NCBI GenBank assembly: GCA_001179505.1
Contig: CDMY01000444.1
Span: 1 to 64,000, forward strand
DNA length: 64,000 nt
Direction: 5' to 3'
Source: Vitrella brassicaformis CCMP3155
Lineage: Eukaryota; Protista; Chromerida
Position numbers and translations under genes: made by a program. This document shows, in pieces, positions 38,330-50,180 of the stretch. Below the pieces are notes generated by a model, which saw only the letters and a list, made by a program, of their open reading frames with translations, did not search any database and had not been told where the DNA came from. Each line of letters opens with the position of its first letter. Within the stretch, counting starts at the first letter, position 1.

Positions 38330-39960
38330 GCGGCCGAGAAGGAGAAGAAGGAGAAGGCGGCGAGGGAGGCGAGGGAGGAGGAGGAGAGGAAGGCCGGTGA
38401 GTCGTACGACCCACACGGACACACTCCACACACGAATGTGACGAAATGCATTCGCACGCGTCGTACTTGCAGACCTGACCGCGATGCTCGACCGCATCCG
38501 GCAGCGTCGCGCCGAGGAGCGCAAGACAGGTGGGTCAGGGTGGCCGCATACACAGGCAGGTTGTTCTCTTTGTGATGGATGGATGGATGGTGTGCAGCGG
38601 AGAGACGGCGGGAAAGGGTGTGGCTGCGCCAGTTGAGGGAGAGGGGTACGTGAGATAATAACAAGACGCACCCTCTTCCCCACACACATGGTCTTGATTC
38701 TCTCTGCAGAGGCCATGCGCAAGAGAAGGGAGGAGCAGGAGCAGCGGCAGAGGGAGGAGCAACAACAATCGGCTAGAGAGAGGGGTACGTGAGAGAATGC
38801 CAAGACGCACCGTCTTTCCCCACACACTTGGGATTGATTCTCTCTGCAGAGGCCATGCAGCAGGAGGACATCAAGGTGCCTGGGCCCGAGGAGAAGCAGG
38901 AGCAGGAGCAGCAGCAGCAGCAGCAGTCAGCCAAGGACGGTATGTGCCAATCAAACGCCGCACGACACAGACTCATCTCTCCCTGCCTTTTGTGCATGAT
39001 TCTGCAGCGGGCGACAAGAGCAAGAAGGAGGCCGAGGCGCGGAGGGTATGCGCATCAGCACACCCCACCAGCCAACCCACCCACATAACACGTGCCGATC
39101 CTGTTGTGTGATGCAGGCATCATGGGCCAGCACGGCCAGCACGGTTTGTGTACATCTGTGGAAGCATCACCAAAGTGCAGGACTGCTTGGTGGCTGTTAC
39201 TACTTGGACGCATTCAGGACAAGAACGGACGAGTGTCGATGCGGGGTTCAACATTTTCGCTGTTGGGCAGCCAGGTATGCTACGTCCCCGACCTCCGACC
39301 ACACCAATCATTCTGCCTGGCCGCATTTGTGCAGTTCTCGATGCCCCTCAACACGAGCACGCCCCCCATGGTGACGCAGGTGCGCATGCACCGGACATCA
39401 CCACGCCTCTGTCTCGAGTGTGTACATGCGTTTGTGAGTGCGTGTGTGTGTGTGTTCAGGTGATGACAAAGGACGGCAAGATTGCCATCGTACCGGTGAG
39501 CACAAATCGCCTGAACACAAACCCAGACCAGACCAATCAGACCACCCACACACCCGACACTTGGTATATGAGTGTGGCGATCTCCGTCAGGTGGTGTACG
39601 CACCGACGAGCGGCCCCCAGCGCATCGCAGCCCGGGCCCCCAGCCGACAAGCGTGCTGCCAGTGGTTGCCCGCGTGCATGCGCCCTGACACGACCGGCAC
39701 ACACACCACATCGGTAGGGAAATACGAGCACTCCCGAACGAACGTGTACATGTTGTATGCTTGGTGTGTGTGTGCGTGTGTGTGTGTGTGTGTATTGTAT
39801 ACTGCGAAAAAAGTCGTTTTGATCAACGGTGTTCGCAATCCAGCCGCTCAAGGCACCGCCGCGAATCAGGGGACCCTGGTTCTGAACACCCACATCGACC
39901 CCACCCACGCACCGACCCACCCATCCACCCAACCCGGTGTGTGGGTGTCGCCACGCTATG
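38330..39960 (+). CDS. Hypothetical multi-exon gene: Glu/Gln/Arg-rich N-terminus plus an unknown conserved domain
   Basis: Exons EKEKKEKAAREAREEE, QEQEQQQQ, ASWASTASTVCVHLWKHHQSAGLLGGCYYLDAFRT, ILPGRICAVLD and VMTKDGKIAIVPVS. Inverted paralog at 44130-45110. Confidence 0.5.
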
Positions 39961-42900
39961 CTATGCTATGCTGACGCGGCGGTGATTGGATGCATGGATG
40001 GATGGATGAGTGGTCGTGTGGATAAATGATACCTGACGCCGCTTCTCGTACGATCGTGTCGATCGAGTGGTTGGTCTGGGTGGGGGGCCGATGCGTGTGT
40101 GTGTGTGTGTGACACGTATAGGTGGGAAGGAGAGAGAGAGAGAGAGAGAGAGATGAGATGGCACACCTCTGTTTGCTTCGGTGTGCTGACTGTCTGATAC
40201 TCGATGGTGACCTCACAAAGTGAGTGTTGATCATCGCTCTCTATGTCTGCGGTCGCCGTCGAGCGGCTGACTGACAGACAGATAGACAGACAGACAGACG
40301 CACGTCCCATGCACACAAAGGAAAGAAAGACTGCCGACTGCTGCTGGTGGGGTATGTGACTTGGATGGACTCCCTCCCTCTCTGTCTCTCTGGTGTGTTG
40401 TACTGTGTATGACCCTTATCATCTTGTGCTGTATTGGTGCGAGTAGCGCTGTTGCCTGGCCTGGATGTCAATCTGTGTGAGGGTGGGAGAGCGAGAGATT
40501 TTTCTGTTTCGCCAGCTGTGATCTGTATACTATCTGTATGGCATTGTGTGTGGTTCTTCTGTGTGTGTCTGCCTCTCTCTCCCCTTGTGTGTGCATCTCA
40601 TCAGTCACCTCGCAACGCTAGAGCATCAGCCACATGGTGTTGGTGCTTTGGGGTTGCCGGGCGATGACAGAGATGCGCGCAGAGGGAAATGAACACACAC
40701 GCGACTGCTCACCCATCCCACCAATTGAGGCAGCGGATGTGTCCTTTTGCCGTCCGTCCGTGTGACATGATTGTTCACCCGCACAGACAGACCGACGCGC
40801 ATTTTGCCCATATGGCCCACCGCCCCCCCAGGTTTGCTGATGGACACCCCGATGTGAGTATGCAATTGGGGTGCCGGTGTGTCTGTCAGTGTGGGACACT
40901 CATGTGGGAGGCCACATAAAGACACACAGAGGGACGTTTGTATGTGAGTCGGCATTTTGTGCGCCCCTCTCTGCCGACGAGCGGGTGGCTGTCTGGCGCA
41001 TTGTTATGTTTGTGTGGGAAGGCCGATTTGCTATGTCAATGTGGGAAGAGAGAGAGAGAGGTCTATTTGCTTTTCTTTTGGTGTGTATCGTGTGTCGGTG
41101 TGCTGACTGCGAGATCCTCTGCGGTCACCCTACACATTGAGATGCTCGACCCCACCCCCAGACAGACAGACTGTCGTCGTGCGTGTACACACACACACGC
41201 ACACCGATCTGTCCCTTTGTCCGTTCGCCTGACTGAATGTTGTTCGTGTTTTCCTTGTTTTCCTGCGTGCGTCCATCCCCCTATGTGGGCATCTTGAGCA
41301 TCGCGGCAACCATAGAGTATCAGCCCACGTGTGGTGTTGGTGCTTTGGGGTTGCCGTGTGGCGACAGAGATGCTCACAGAGGAAAATAGACAGACACATA
41401 CGACTGCAAACGGCTGCTTACCCATCCCCCCAACTTGCTGTCTGTCTGTATCCGCACACACACATGGATGGATGGATGCGTCGGTGTCTGCACTGTTTGC
41501 TCTTAGGGGTCTGCGCATCTGTCTCTTTTCCGTCAGTCTCTCGTTGACTCGTCCGTGTGATGGACAACGCGTACGCGGCTGACGACGAAAAGGGCAGCGG
41601 TTTCTTGACAGCTGACCAACGTACGAGTGTCCTCGGATGAGTCCATGGATGGCACATAAGTGTGGGTGTGTGCATGATGTGGCCATAGTCATGCGTGTGA
41701 GTGCCTTGGAGTTTCAAGCCAAATTGAAGAAGACATGCATGCATGGTTGGTCCAGGGCACCACACAATATAAAATGCAGACAGCGATGTATGTTATTTGA
41801 CTGCATCGAAACGCCATTAAAATCGACCCACACCTAATAGCGCGAGCTGGTGCATCCATCCCATCGCATCCATCCCATCCGTCCCACATCCGCGCGACAC
41901 CAAATGAGCGACTAAAGACACAGCACAACCCATCGAGCGGTGCAGCGGAGAGCTGTGCATACACAGTGCCAACATACATATCAATACCAAGCTAGCTGTG
42001 AGCCTGCCTGGTCGTGTGCTGCCTTGCTTGATATCAATTGGTGTGTGCATGATGTGACTACAGGCAGGCGTAGACGGACAGGGGGAAAACGAGTGTTTGT
42101 CTTTCACACGACACACAGGGCAGTCGTCGACATGGATGCACAGCCAAGCCAAGCGTCGGTCACAATCCACTCGCCATGCAGACCAACCAGCAGCCAGCAG
42201 TTGTCTTATCCCACGCCCTCCCCACTCCGTCCCTCTTGAAACGCACACCAAGTCAAGTCAGCATGCGCCTCCCCTCCCGTCACACACATGCAGCCTCTCT
42301 TGTGTGCATGATGATCCTACTTAGTAGAGATGTCACGCAATAGTAGAGATGAGACATGTAGGAAAGACGCAGGCAGGGAGGCAGGCAGCAGGCAGATGGA
42401 AGGAAAAAAATGGAACGCCATACTTCGCGTCCGCCGAGACGTGCACTTAAAGCAGTTCGTGCGGAACCCACCCGGCCCGACAGGCGTACGTGTGTGTCTC
42501 TCTCTGTTCTCCAAGCTATCATCCAAACCAACACCAAGCTACCAGCCTAGCAGGAGGCAGTGGGGGAGCGAGGATGAAGCAGCATTTATATGCATCCTCA
42601 CAAGCACACAGCAGGTACACTCAAGACGTCATAAGAGAGAGAGGGGGGGAGGGGAAGGTAGACAGTGTGTGCGTATGTCATGAGTAGGACCGAAAGAGAT
42701 CCCGTGTTCTCTCTGTTCTCCAAGCCACCATCAAAACCAACCCATCACACCGTTATTTAGCGGACAGACAAGTGCCAATCCAGACATCCAGCACACATCC
42801 AACCAACTCGGTGTCATGGAACTAGACGCCACCCTGTCACGAACACACATGGCTAAATATGAGTGCTCGGCAGTGCCTGAGGCTAAGAAAATGAGCGAAC

Positions 42901-44129
42901 ACCCATCCTCTCAACCATCAAAATGACTGAAGAGAATCCACTTGTCTGTCTGTCTGTCTGTCTCTCTATCTCCCTTAAAACAGGCTCACTTAAGTGACAG
43001 TCTGGCTATTGCCCTTTATATGCGTACGCATACGCACGCACAGCGCCCCTCCCTGTATTCGCCAGAAAGCATTGCCATCTTCATTGCTCTCTCTTACTGT
43101 GATGACAGAAAGATGCCATCCACCCGCCCATCCACCCGCTCTCCCGCCTCTCTAGGCCATCAAAAAGACCCCTCTCGCCCCTCCCGTCGCCCCCCCTCCT
43201 CTCTCGCGACGGACATACACATACGGACGGCATGCATGAATGACGACAGACAGACAGACCGACAGATGGATAGAGACTGTGGGTGGGATGTGGGTGTGTT
43301 CTCTACTGTGCCTGTCTTCGCCGCTGGCCGACCACCGAGTGGAATGCACTGACACACAGGTACGACCAAGCTGCCCCATTTTTGGCTGGACGAAACGCTG
43401 GGTGCACTCTCAGTCCACACCACACACGGGGCTGCCGTCGCTACTATCTGGGTCTGTGCTGGCTGCCCTTCTTCATGTGTTTTCGTGCAATGGACAAGAC
43501 ACGATAACAACTGGCGAAAACAGAAAAGTCTCTCTCTCTTTTTCCCACTCTCACACACATTGACAGCCAGGCCAGGCAACAGCGCCCACTGCGCACCCAG
43601 CAGATCGAAGAAGATGGTGAGTGTCACACACAGTACATCACACCAGACAGACAGACAGACCACTATCACACACGGCACTTCCAGCTATCACGGCCCCTCC
43701 CTCACCCTCCCAGTTAAAACGCACACCAAGTCAGCATGATGCGCCAGTTTATCCATCTGTGCGCTCTTTCACAGCGAATCGAATGAAATAGAGGCCACAG
43801 GATATAAAATGTAGACGGCGATTTTCCTCTGAATGGCAACACAGAATGGCAACACAGACGGGAAGACGGAATGCACAGACGGAGGGAGACATGGAATGCA
43901 CTCACTCGTACATACCTGCCTCACGTCTCTGCTGCTCGGCAACTCGACTGTCGCACATCACACACATAACAAAATAGCGTCTGTGTGTGTGGGTGATGAA
44001 GGAGAGGGAGTACCTGGTCATCGTGACGTTGGGTCAGCCCGAAAGATACGTGAGAGACGGCGGGACGGCTCCTTGTCGATCGACGTGAGAGACTCACGCA
44101 TGCACGGGAACAAGCAGCAACTTGAATAC

Positions 44130-45480
44130 GGCGCCTTGGCCGTGGGGTGGGGGCCGCTCGTCACTGTGTAGGCCACCTGACGAAGGTCGCCACACATACC
44201 AGGTGTCGCGTGTGTGGGTGGTCTGGTTGGTCTGGTCTGTGTTTGTATTCAGGCGGTGTCTGCTCACCACCGGGGTAACCTTGCGGTCCTTCGTCACCTA
44301 GAGAAAGAGAGAAAGAAAGGAAGGAAGGAAGGAAGAACACTCGAGACAGAGGCATGGCAATGTCCGGCGCATATACACGTGCATCAGCGTGTGTACCTGC
44401 ATTCGCATCACCATGGGGGGCTGGCTTGTGTTGAGCGTCGAAAACTGCACAAATGTAGACAGGCAGAATGATTGGTGTAGCACCGAAAACTGCACAAATG
44501 CGGCCAGGCAGAATGGCGTTGGGCGTAGCGTACCTGGCTCTCCAGTAGCGAGAAGGTGGATCCATGGTGAACGAAGGAATTGCGGCCGAATTTGTCCTGA
44601 ATACGTCCAAGTAGTAACAGCCACAAAGCAGTCCTGTGTTGTGGTGATGCTTCCACAGATGTACACACACCGTGATGGCGGTGCTCTCCCAAGATGCCTG
44701 CATCACACAACAGGATCGGCACGTGTGTTATGGTTGCGTAGGCGGGCGGGGTGTGCCAATGTGTATACCCGTCGTGCTTCTGCCTCCTTCTTCTTCTCGT
44801 CGCCGGCTGCAGTGTTATAAACACACACAGAGAGATGAGTCTGTGTCGTGCCGCGTTTGCTTGTAAGCATATACCCTCTCTGGCCATGCGCTGCTGCTGC
44901 TGCTCCTGCTCCTCCCTCTGCCGCTGCTCCTGCTCCTCCCTCTGCCGCTGGTCCTCCTCCTCCTTCTCTCTCCTCTCTCTCTCCATGTCCTCCGCGCGCC
45001 TGGCCTCTGCAGAGAGAATCAAGACCATGTGTGTGGGAAAGAGGGTGCGTCCGTCTTGTTATTCTCTCACGTACCCCTCTCCTCCATCTACCGCAGCCAC
45101 AGCAAAGCGCTGATCGATCGTGTGAGCATACACATGGAGAGCACACACACGTGGAGGGCTGCAACCAGCATGCGAATGCACACACCCGCGTATGTGTATA
45201 CGATGCCAGCTGTGTGCATGGTCGTGTGCTGGCCTGCTTAAATGAGTGTGTTACCATACGCACGCACTGAAAAGCAGGTGCCGAGGGCGCGGGTCGAATG
45301 AAATACGAGCCACAGGATATAAAAAGTAGACGGCGATTTTCCTCTGTGGCCTTCTTGGGATGAATGACTTCATACTGGGAGGCCTTGGTGGTGCCTGCCT
45401 CCGTCTTGGCGATGGTGCTGGCGCGGAGGCTCATCGTGTGGCTCCGCTGCGTGTCATCGGCGGCCTGAACGAAGAAACGA
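44130..45480 (-). pseudogene. Inverted, rearranged paralog of the 38.3-40 kb gene
   Basis: ASWESTAITVCVHLWKHHHNTGLLCGCYYLDVFRT, internally duplicated ILPGRICAVF/ILPVYICAVF, VMTKDRKV. Shared intron sequences are reverse-complementary to 38640-39640. Confidence 0.6.
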
Positions 45481-45489
45481 ACACAACAC

Positions 45490-45979
45490 GACGGCATGCA
45501 CGGAAACATGACGGAAGTCGTGCTTGATGGTGTCGTACCACTGCGCGTAGGTGGTCATCTTGGGCAGGGGTGTGTGAATGGTGTCATGATATGAACGGGG
45601 GCAGAAGGCATTCACATCTACGCGCCCTGCACACACAAACAGGGCGAGAGATGGATGGATGCATGGACATACATGTCCGTGTATGTGTGTGTCTGTGTGA
45701 CCTCGGTGGAATTGGTGCGGCTGGCAGATGTGATGGCGTCCTCGTGTCTGCCGCCCCCACCCTATCGAAGCACACACCCACACCCACACCCACACCACAT
45801 TTCCAAGTGCCCCTTGCCTGTCTCGTTCTCCTCACCCCTGATGTGAGATAATAATACAGGACGCCCGCAAGGACCGACAGGCCGCCCATGCCCATCAGTG
45901 GTCCCCCATACCCCCACCGTCTGTTGTTGTTGGCCGCGCTCACTCCTCCGTCAGCTGGCCCGTCTTGGCTCCCCGCCAT
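45490..45979 (-). CDS. 5' exons of an N-terminally anchored membrane protein, inverted copy of 49584-50180
   Basis: MAGSQDG...GMGGLSVLAGVLYYYLTS and VDVNAFCPRS...MTTYAQWYDTIK are shared with the plus-strand copy. Confidence 0.5.
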
Positions 45980-46032
45980 TTGGTAGCTGGCGAAACAGCA
46001 CACAGATCCGTTTTTCGTTTCTCGTCTCTTCC

Positions 46033-46540
46033 TTAGTACCGCTGGCCGGTCGGACACAGCGTGGAGCAGGTGACGCAGAGCCGGCGCAACGTGACGGTGA
46101 AACCGCGGCACAGCTTGCAGGCCTTGTCGAGCCAGGGGCAGTGCTGCTCGAAGGCGTTCTCGTCCTCTGCGCACAGATCGAGAGGCAGTGATGACATTGA
46201 CGCATGTTGTGTGTATCCTGTGCCCTCACCCACCTCGCTCGCCTCTGGCGTCCTCGTCTTCTCGTTGGAGCTCCAGGTCGGCAGGCTGTCCTCCTGCCGC
46301 CGCTTCATCACCTTCACCTGCAAAACAGACATCTGCCCGTACGCACCATCCGCTCGTTTTTCGCACCGCCCAGCTTGAAGGTGATCACATCGCCTTTCTT
46401 GAACGCCTCGTTGAGTTGTTGGCCGCCCTGCACACCGGGGTGGCTGCCAGTGCAAGCACACACCGAGCAGATGAGGGGTATTCGCAGCGTTCCAGTGCTC
46501 GTGACTGACCTTGTGGAGATGATCTCGGCGTTCTCCAGCA
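46033..46540 (-). pseudogene. Inverted copy of the ubiquitin-like / Cys-finger gene (48704-49530)
   Basis: LLENAEIIST|HPGVQGGQQLNEAFKKGDVITFKL and CPWLDKACKLCRGFTVTLRRLCVTCSTLCP, with introns near-identical to the plus copy. Confidence 0.6.
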
Positions 46541-46544
46541 GGAG

Positions 46545-46700
46545 GTGGGTGCATCGTCGACACGCCCCGTACTGTAATCCAGTAGTAGCCGTCCTTGTCT
46601 TGCACACACCCGTCGCCCGTGAAGTAGTAGCCCGGGTCTAGGGGCGCGGGTACACGTTGAGCAGGCGCTCGTGGTCGCCATACACCGTCCGAAGAGCTGG
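46545..46700 (-). pseudogene. Acetyl-CoA synthetase (AMP-forming) fragment inserted in the Ubl exon
   Basis: ALRTVYGDHERLLNVYPRP[shift]PGYYFTGDGCVQDKDGYYWIT[shift]GRVDD matches the ACS RT.YGDHER...PGYYFTGDG..RD.DGYYWITGRVDD segment. It contains two small insertions. Confidence 0.85.
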
Positions 46701-47993
46701 CGGAGGATGGTGTCGACGGTGGTGGCAAACCAAAAAGGACGGCAGGCTGGGCAGCGCAAGAACACAGATAAAGAATACGGGGAAGCTCCTTCACCTCTAA
46801 AAATTAAACGGCCGTCTCCGTCGCGAGTTCTCGACCGACCGTTTTAACGACACAGCGTACAGTGGTTGCGCAGACGTCGGCTTCTGCGGACGAACAAATC
46901 CTGGTCATCATGATTAGACTGGCCAGCACTCTCATTGCCGCTGCGGACGCGCTACTCGCGAGCCTTTCCAAGGTTCATCATGCCAGCGTGTCACTGCACT
47001 TCTACGGTCGAGTGCTTATTGCCATGGTCGTATCGGCCCTTCTGCCGCCCTATCTGCTGCTCGGCACTGATCCTGTGACTGTGTTTCTCGGCCATGGGGC
47101 GTTTGCGGAGCCATCGAATGTCGCAGTGCGTCTGGCGGGCGGAGGGAGAAACAGGACCACAAACCATGCAGACTCTCTGTGTGAGTGTGTGTGTATGGTA
47201 ACACACACTCATTGAAGCAGGCCAGCACACGACCATGACACAGCTGGCATCGTATGCACATGCGCGGGTGTGTGCATTCGCATGCTGGTTGCCCTTTTTT
47301 TTGTGGCTGTCGGATGGATGCCACATGCGTGGGTGTGTGCATGATGTGGCCACAGACGGATCTGTGTGTGTCGAGTCGACAATATACAAGGAAGAGCAAT
47401 TCCGGCTTACAACGGCAGCGATGGCTGTCTCCACCATCGGCAGGCGACTCTCACCGACAGACCCCTGCACACAACCACAAACCACACACATACAAACCGA
47501 GGAGGGAGTGAGCAATGACACATCAGGTATGCTCAGTCAGCCATTTGTCGACCCACTGACTGACCTTGGCAGCCAGATATCTGATCGAGTCGCCCATCTG
47601 CACACACCGCACGCACAACACACACGTCACACCCGTTATCCATCTCCCTGTCTGCCTACATGTCCTCTCGTCTGTGTCTGCAGCCATGCCCTCTCGTCTG
47701 TGTCCTCTCTGCTTGTTTGCTGCTCAGTGGAGTGGGTTGGGTGCATCCTCGCAGTACCACACTAAGGAATGGATTGGATTCGTCTAAGGAAGGGGTGAGT
47801 GTGCACCATATGCAGTTCATAACCAATCCACGTACAACACAGAAAACGCTCATGTTAGTCTACGTGTCAACATACCACAGCGCGATAAACACGCTCACGC
47901 AGTCACTTATATACACACGACGACACACGTCAAGTACGTGAGCAGGTGGAGTGAGGTCGGGTTAGCAAGCAAAGTCAACGAGAAAGTCAGTCA

Positions 47994-48636
47994 TCAGTCT
48001 TGAACAAACAACGCCGCCGCCCTCGGCTCTTTCGCCTCCTGCCGCCGCTTCCACTTCTGCTCAGTAGTCGTCCCGAGGACTGCACATGATGAAAACTGCA
48101 CATGGTGAAAAGCGACACAGAGTGATGTCTATTTGATTCCTATCTGGATCACTCCTTCACGCACCTGTGACATCTGGAGGAGGAGCAAGCGGGCCTGAAC
48201 CACACAAAACGCAAATCATGGTAAGCGATGGAGGGAGTGCTGGGCCTGCAGAATACTGCCTACCTCGTCGCTCTTTGGACCCTCTTTGTCTCATGACGAT
48301 TGGCTGCTCCTTGGTGGTTCCGATTTCTCCGAGGAACTCCTCGATGGTCTTGAGTTCTACACGGCTCACCGGCGCGTCCAAAGAACTCAATCTCACTCGT
48401 GCTCTTGTAGAGATGCTGCACGCGCACGGCGGACGAAGACGGTGTCTGTAAGGGCTGTGTATTGGGTGACTCCCCCTTCCCTCCTCCTTCCTTACCGAGT
48501 ACCAGCGAAGCAGACGCCTCCTGAGGTCACCGACTGTGTTGGGCTTCTCCCGCAGCACAAGGTTAAAGGAACGCCACGGATAGACGTTGGACCACCGAAA
48601 CCACACGGAGTACCCGTCGGGATCTCTGTGCGTCAT
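47994..48636 (-). CDS. Hypothetical protein with a possible N-terminal ubiquitin-like (DWNN-like) fold
   Basis: MTHRDPDGYSVWFRWSNVYPWRSFNLVLREKPNTVGDLRRRLL has a beta-beta-alpha pattern with a TVGDL motif. Last exon QKWKRRQEAKEPRAAALFVQD*. Confidence 0.35.
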
Positions 48637-48703
48637 GCTTCTCCTTCTCCTTTCCCGCGAGCTTTTTGTGGCGAGCTCGAGACGGAGCGCAGATCTTCCA
48701 GAG

Positions 48704-49530
48704 ATGGCCAACAGGAACACGCACCCACCACTCCCGGCTGCCGACGCGCCGATGACCATCAAGTTCAAGCGGGCCGGTGCCGAGGGTGATGTCGCACCAT
48801 ACACCGAGCCTGGCACCACCACTGTCGACGCCATCCTCGACCTGCTCCGAGAGAACCTCGACCGGAGAACGCCGAGATCACCTTCACAAGGTACGTTACG
48901 AGCACTGGAACGCTGGGAATACCCCTTATCTGCTCGGTGTGTGCTTGCACTGGCAGCCACCCCGGTGTGCAGGGCGGCCAGCAACTCAGGGAGGTGTTCA
49001 AGGACGGCGACGTGATCACCTTCAAGCTGGCCGGTGCGAAAAAGGAGCGGACGATGCGTACGCTCAGATGTCTGTTCTGCAGGTGAAGGTGATGGAGAGG
49101 CGGCTCCTGCAGCGGCCGAGCCACAGGCGGCAGCAGCGGCACAAATCGAAGGCGGGCTTGGAATGGGAGCAGACAGCGGCAGAGGTAGGTAGTTGCACGG
49201 ACGGAGGCTCACCAGAAAGGAAATTGCGCTGTGCGTGTTTGTGTTTCAATCCTTTCAGTCGTGCCGACGCCCATCGGACGGCCTGCCGACCTGGAGCTCC
49301 AACGAGAAGACGACGACGCCAGACAAGAGCGAGGTGGGTGAGGGCACAGGATACACACAACATGCGTCAATGTCATCACTGCCTCTCTGTGCGCAGAGGA
49401 CGAGAACGCCTTCGCGAAGGCCTTCCCCTGGCTCGCCGAGGCCTGCCAGCTCTGCCGGGGTCTCACCGTCAACTTGCGCCGGCTCTGCGTCACCTGCTCC
49501 ACGCTGTGTCCGACCCGCCCGCGGTACTAA
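48704..49530 (+). CDS. Ubiquitin-like domain plus C-terminal C-x2-C-x10-C-x2-C finger; apparent -1 shift at ~48862
   Basis: MTIKFKR...TTVDAILDLLRENL...ENAEITFT|HPGVQGGQQLREVFKDGDVITFKL and ACQLCRGLTVNLRRLCVTCSTLC; TAA at 49528-49530. Confidence 0.45.
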
Positions 49531-49583
49531 GGAAGAGACGAGAAACGAAAAACGGATCTGTGTGATGTTTCGCCAGCTACCAT

Positions 49584-50180
49584 ATGGTGGGGAGCCAAGA
49601 CGGACCAGCTGACGGAGGAGTGGGCGCGGCCAACAACAACAGACGGTGGGGGTATGGGGGACCACTGATGGGCATGGGCGGCCTGTCGTTCGTTGCGGGC
49701 GTCCTGTATTATTATCTCACATCACGGGTGAGGAGAACGAGACAGGCAAGGGGCACTTGGAAGTGTGGTGTGTGTGTGGGTGGATGGGTGTGTGCTTCGA
49801 TAGGGTGGGGGCGGCAGACACGAAGACGCCATCACATCTGCCAACCGCACCAATTCCACCGAGGTCACACAGACACACACACACATATACATGGACTCAC
49901 ACAGACACACACACACGCACATGTATGTCCATGCATCCATCCATCTCTCGCCCTGTGTGTGTGTGTGTGCAGGGGGGGTAGATGTGAATGCGTTCTGCCC
50001 CCGCTCCACCGACGACACCACCCACACCCCCGTAGAAAGGATGACCACCTACGCGCAGTGGTACGACACCATCAAGCGGGACCTCCACACACACCTCGCC
50101 AACACCTCCACGACCAAGAAGCCCACCAATGCAGCCGAGGAGGACGCGGATGACGACCGCCTGGCCATGCCAGGGAGGCA
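49584..50180 (+). CDS. N-terminally anchored membrane protein, hypothetical (3' end unclear)
   Basis: GLSFVAGVLYYYLTS single TM, then spliced exons including VDVNAFCPRSTDDTTHTPVERMTTYAQWYDTIKRDL. Confidence 0.45.
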
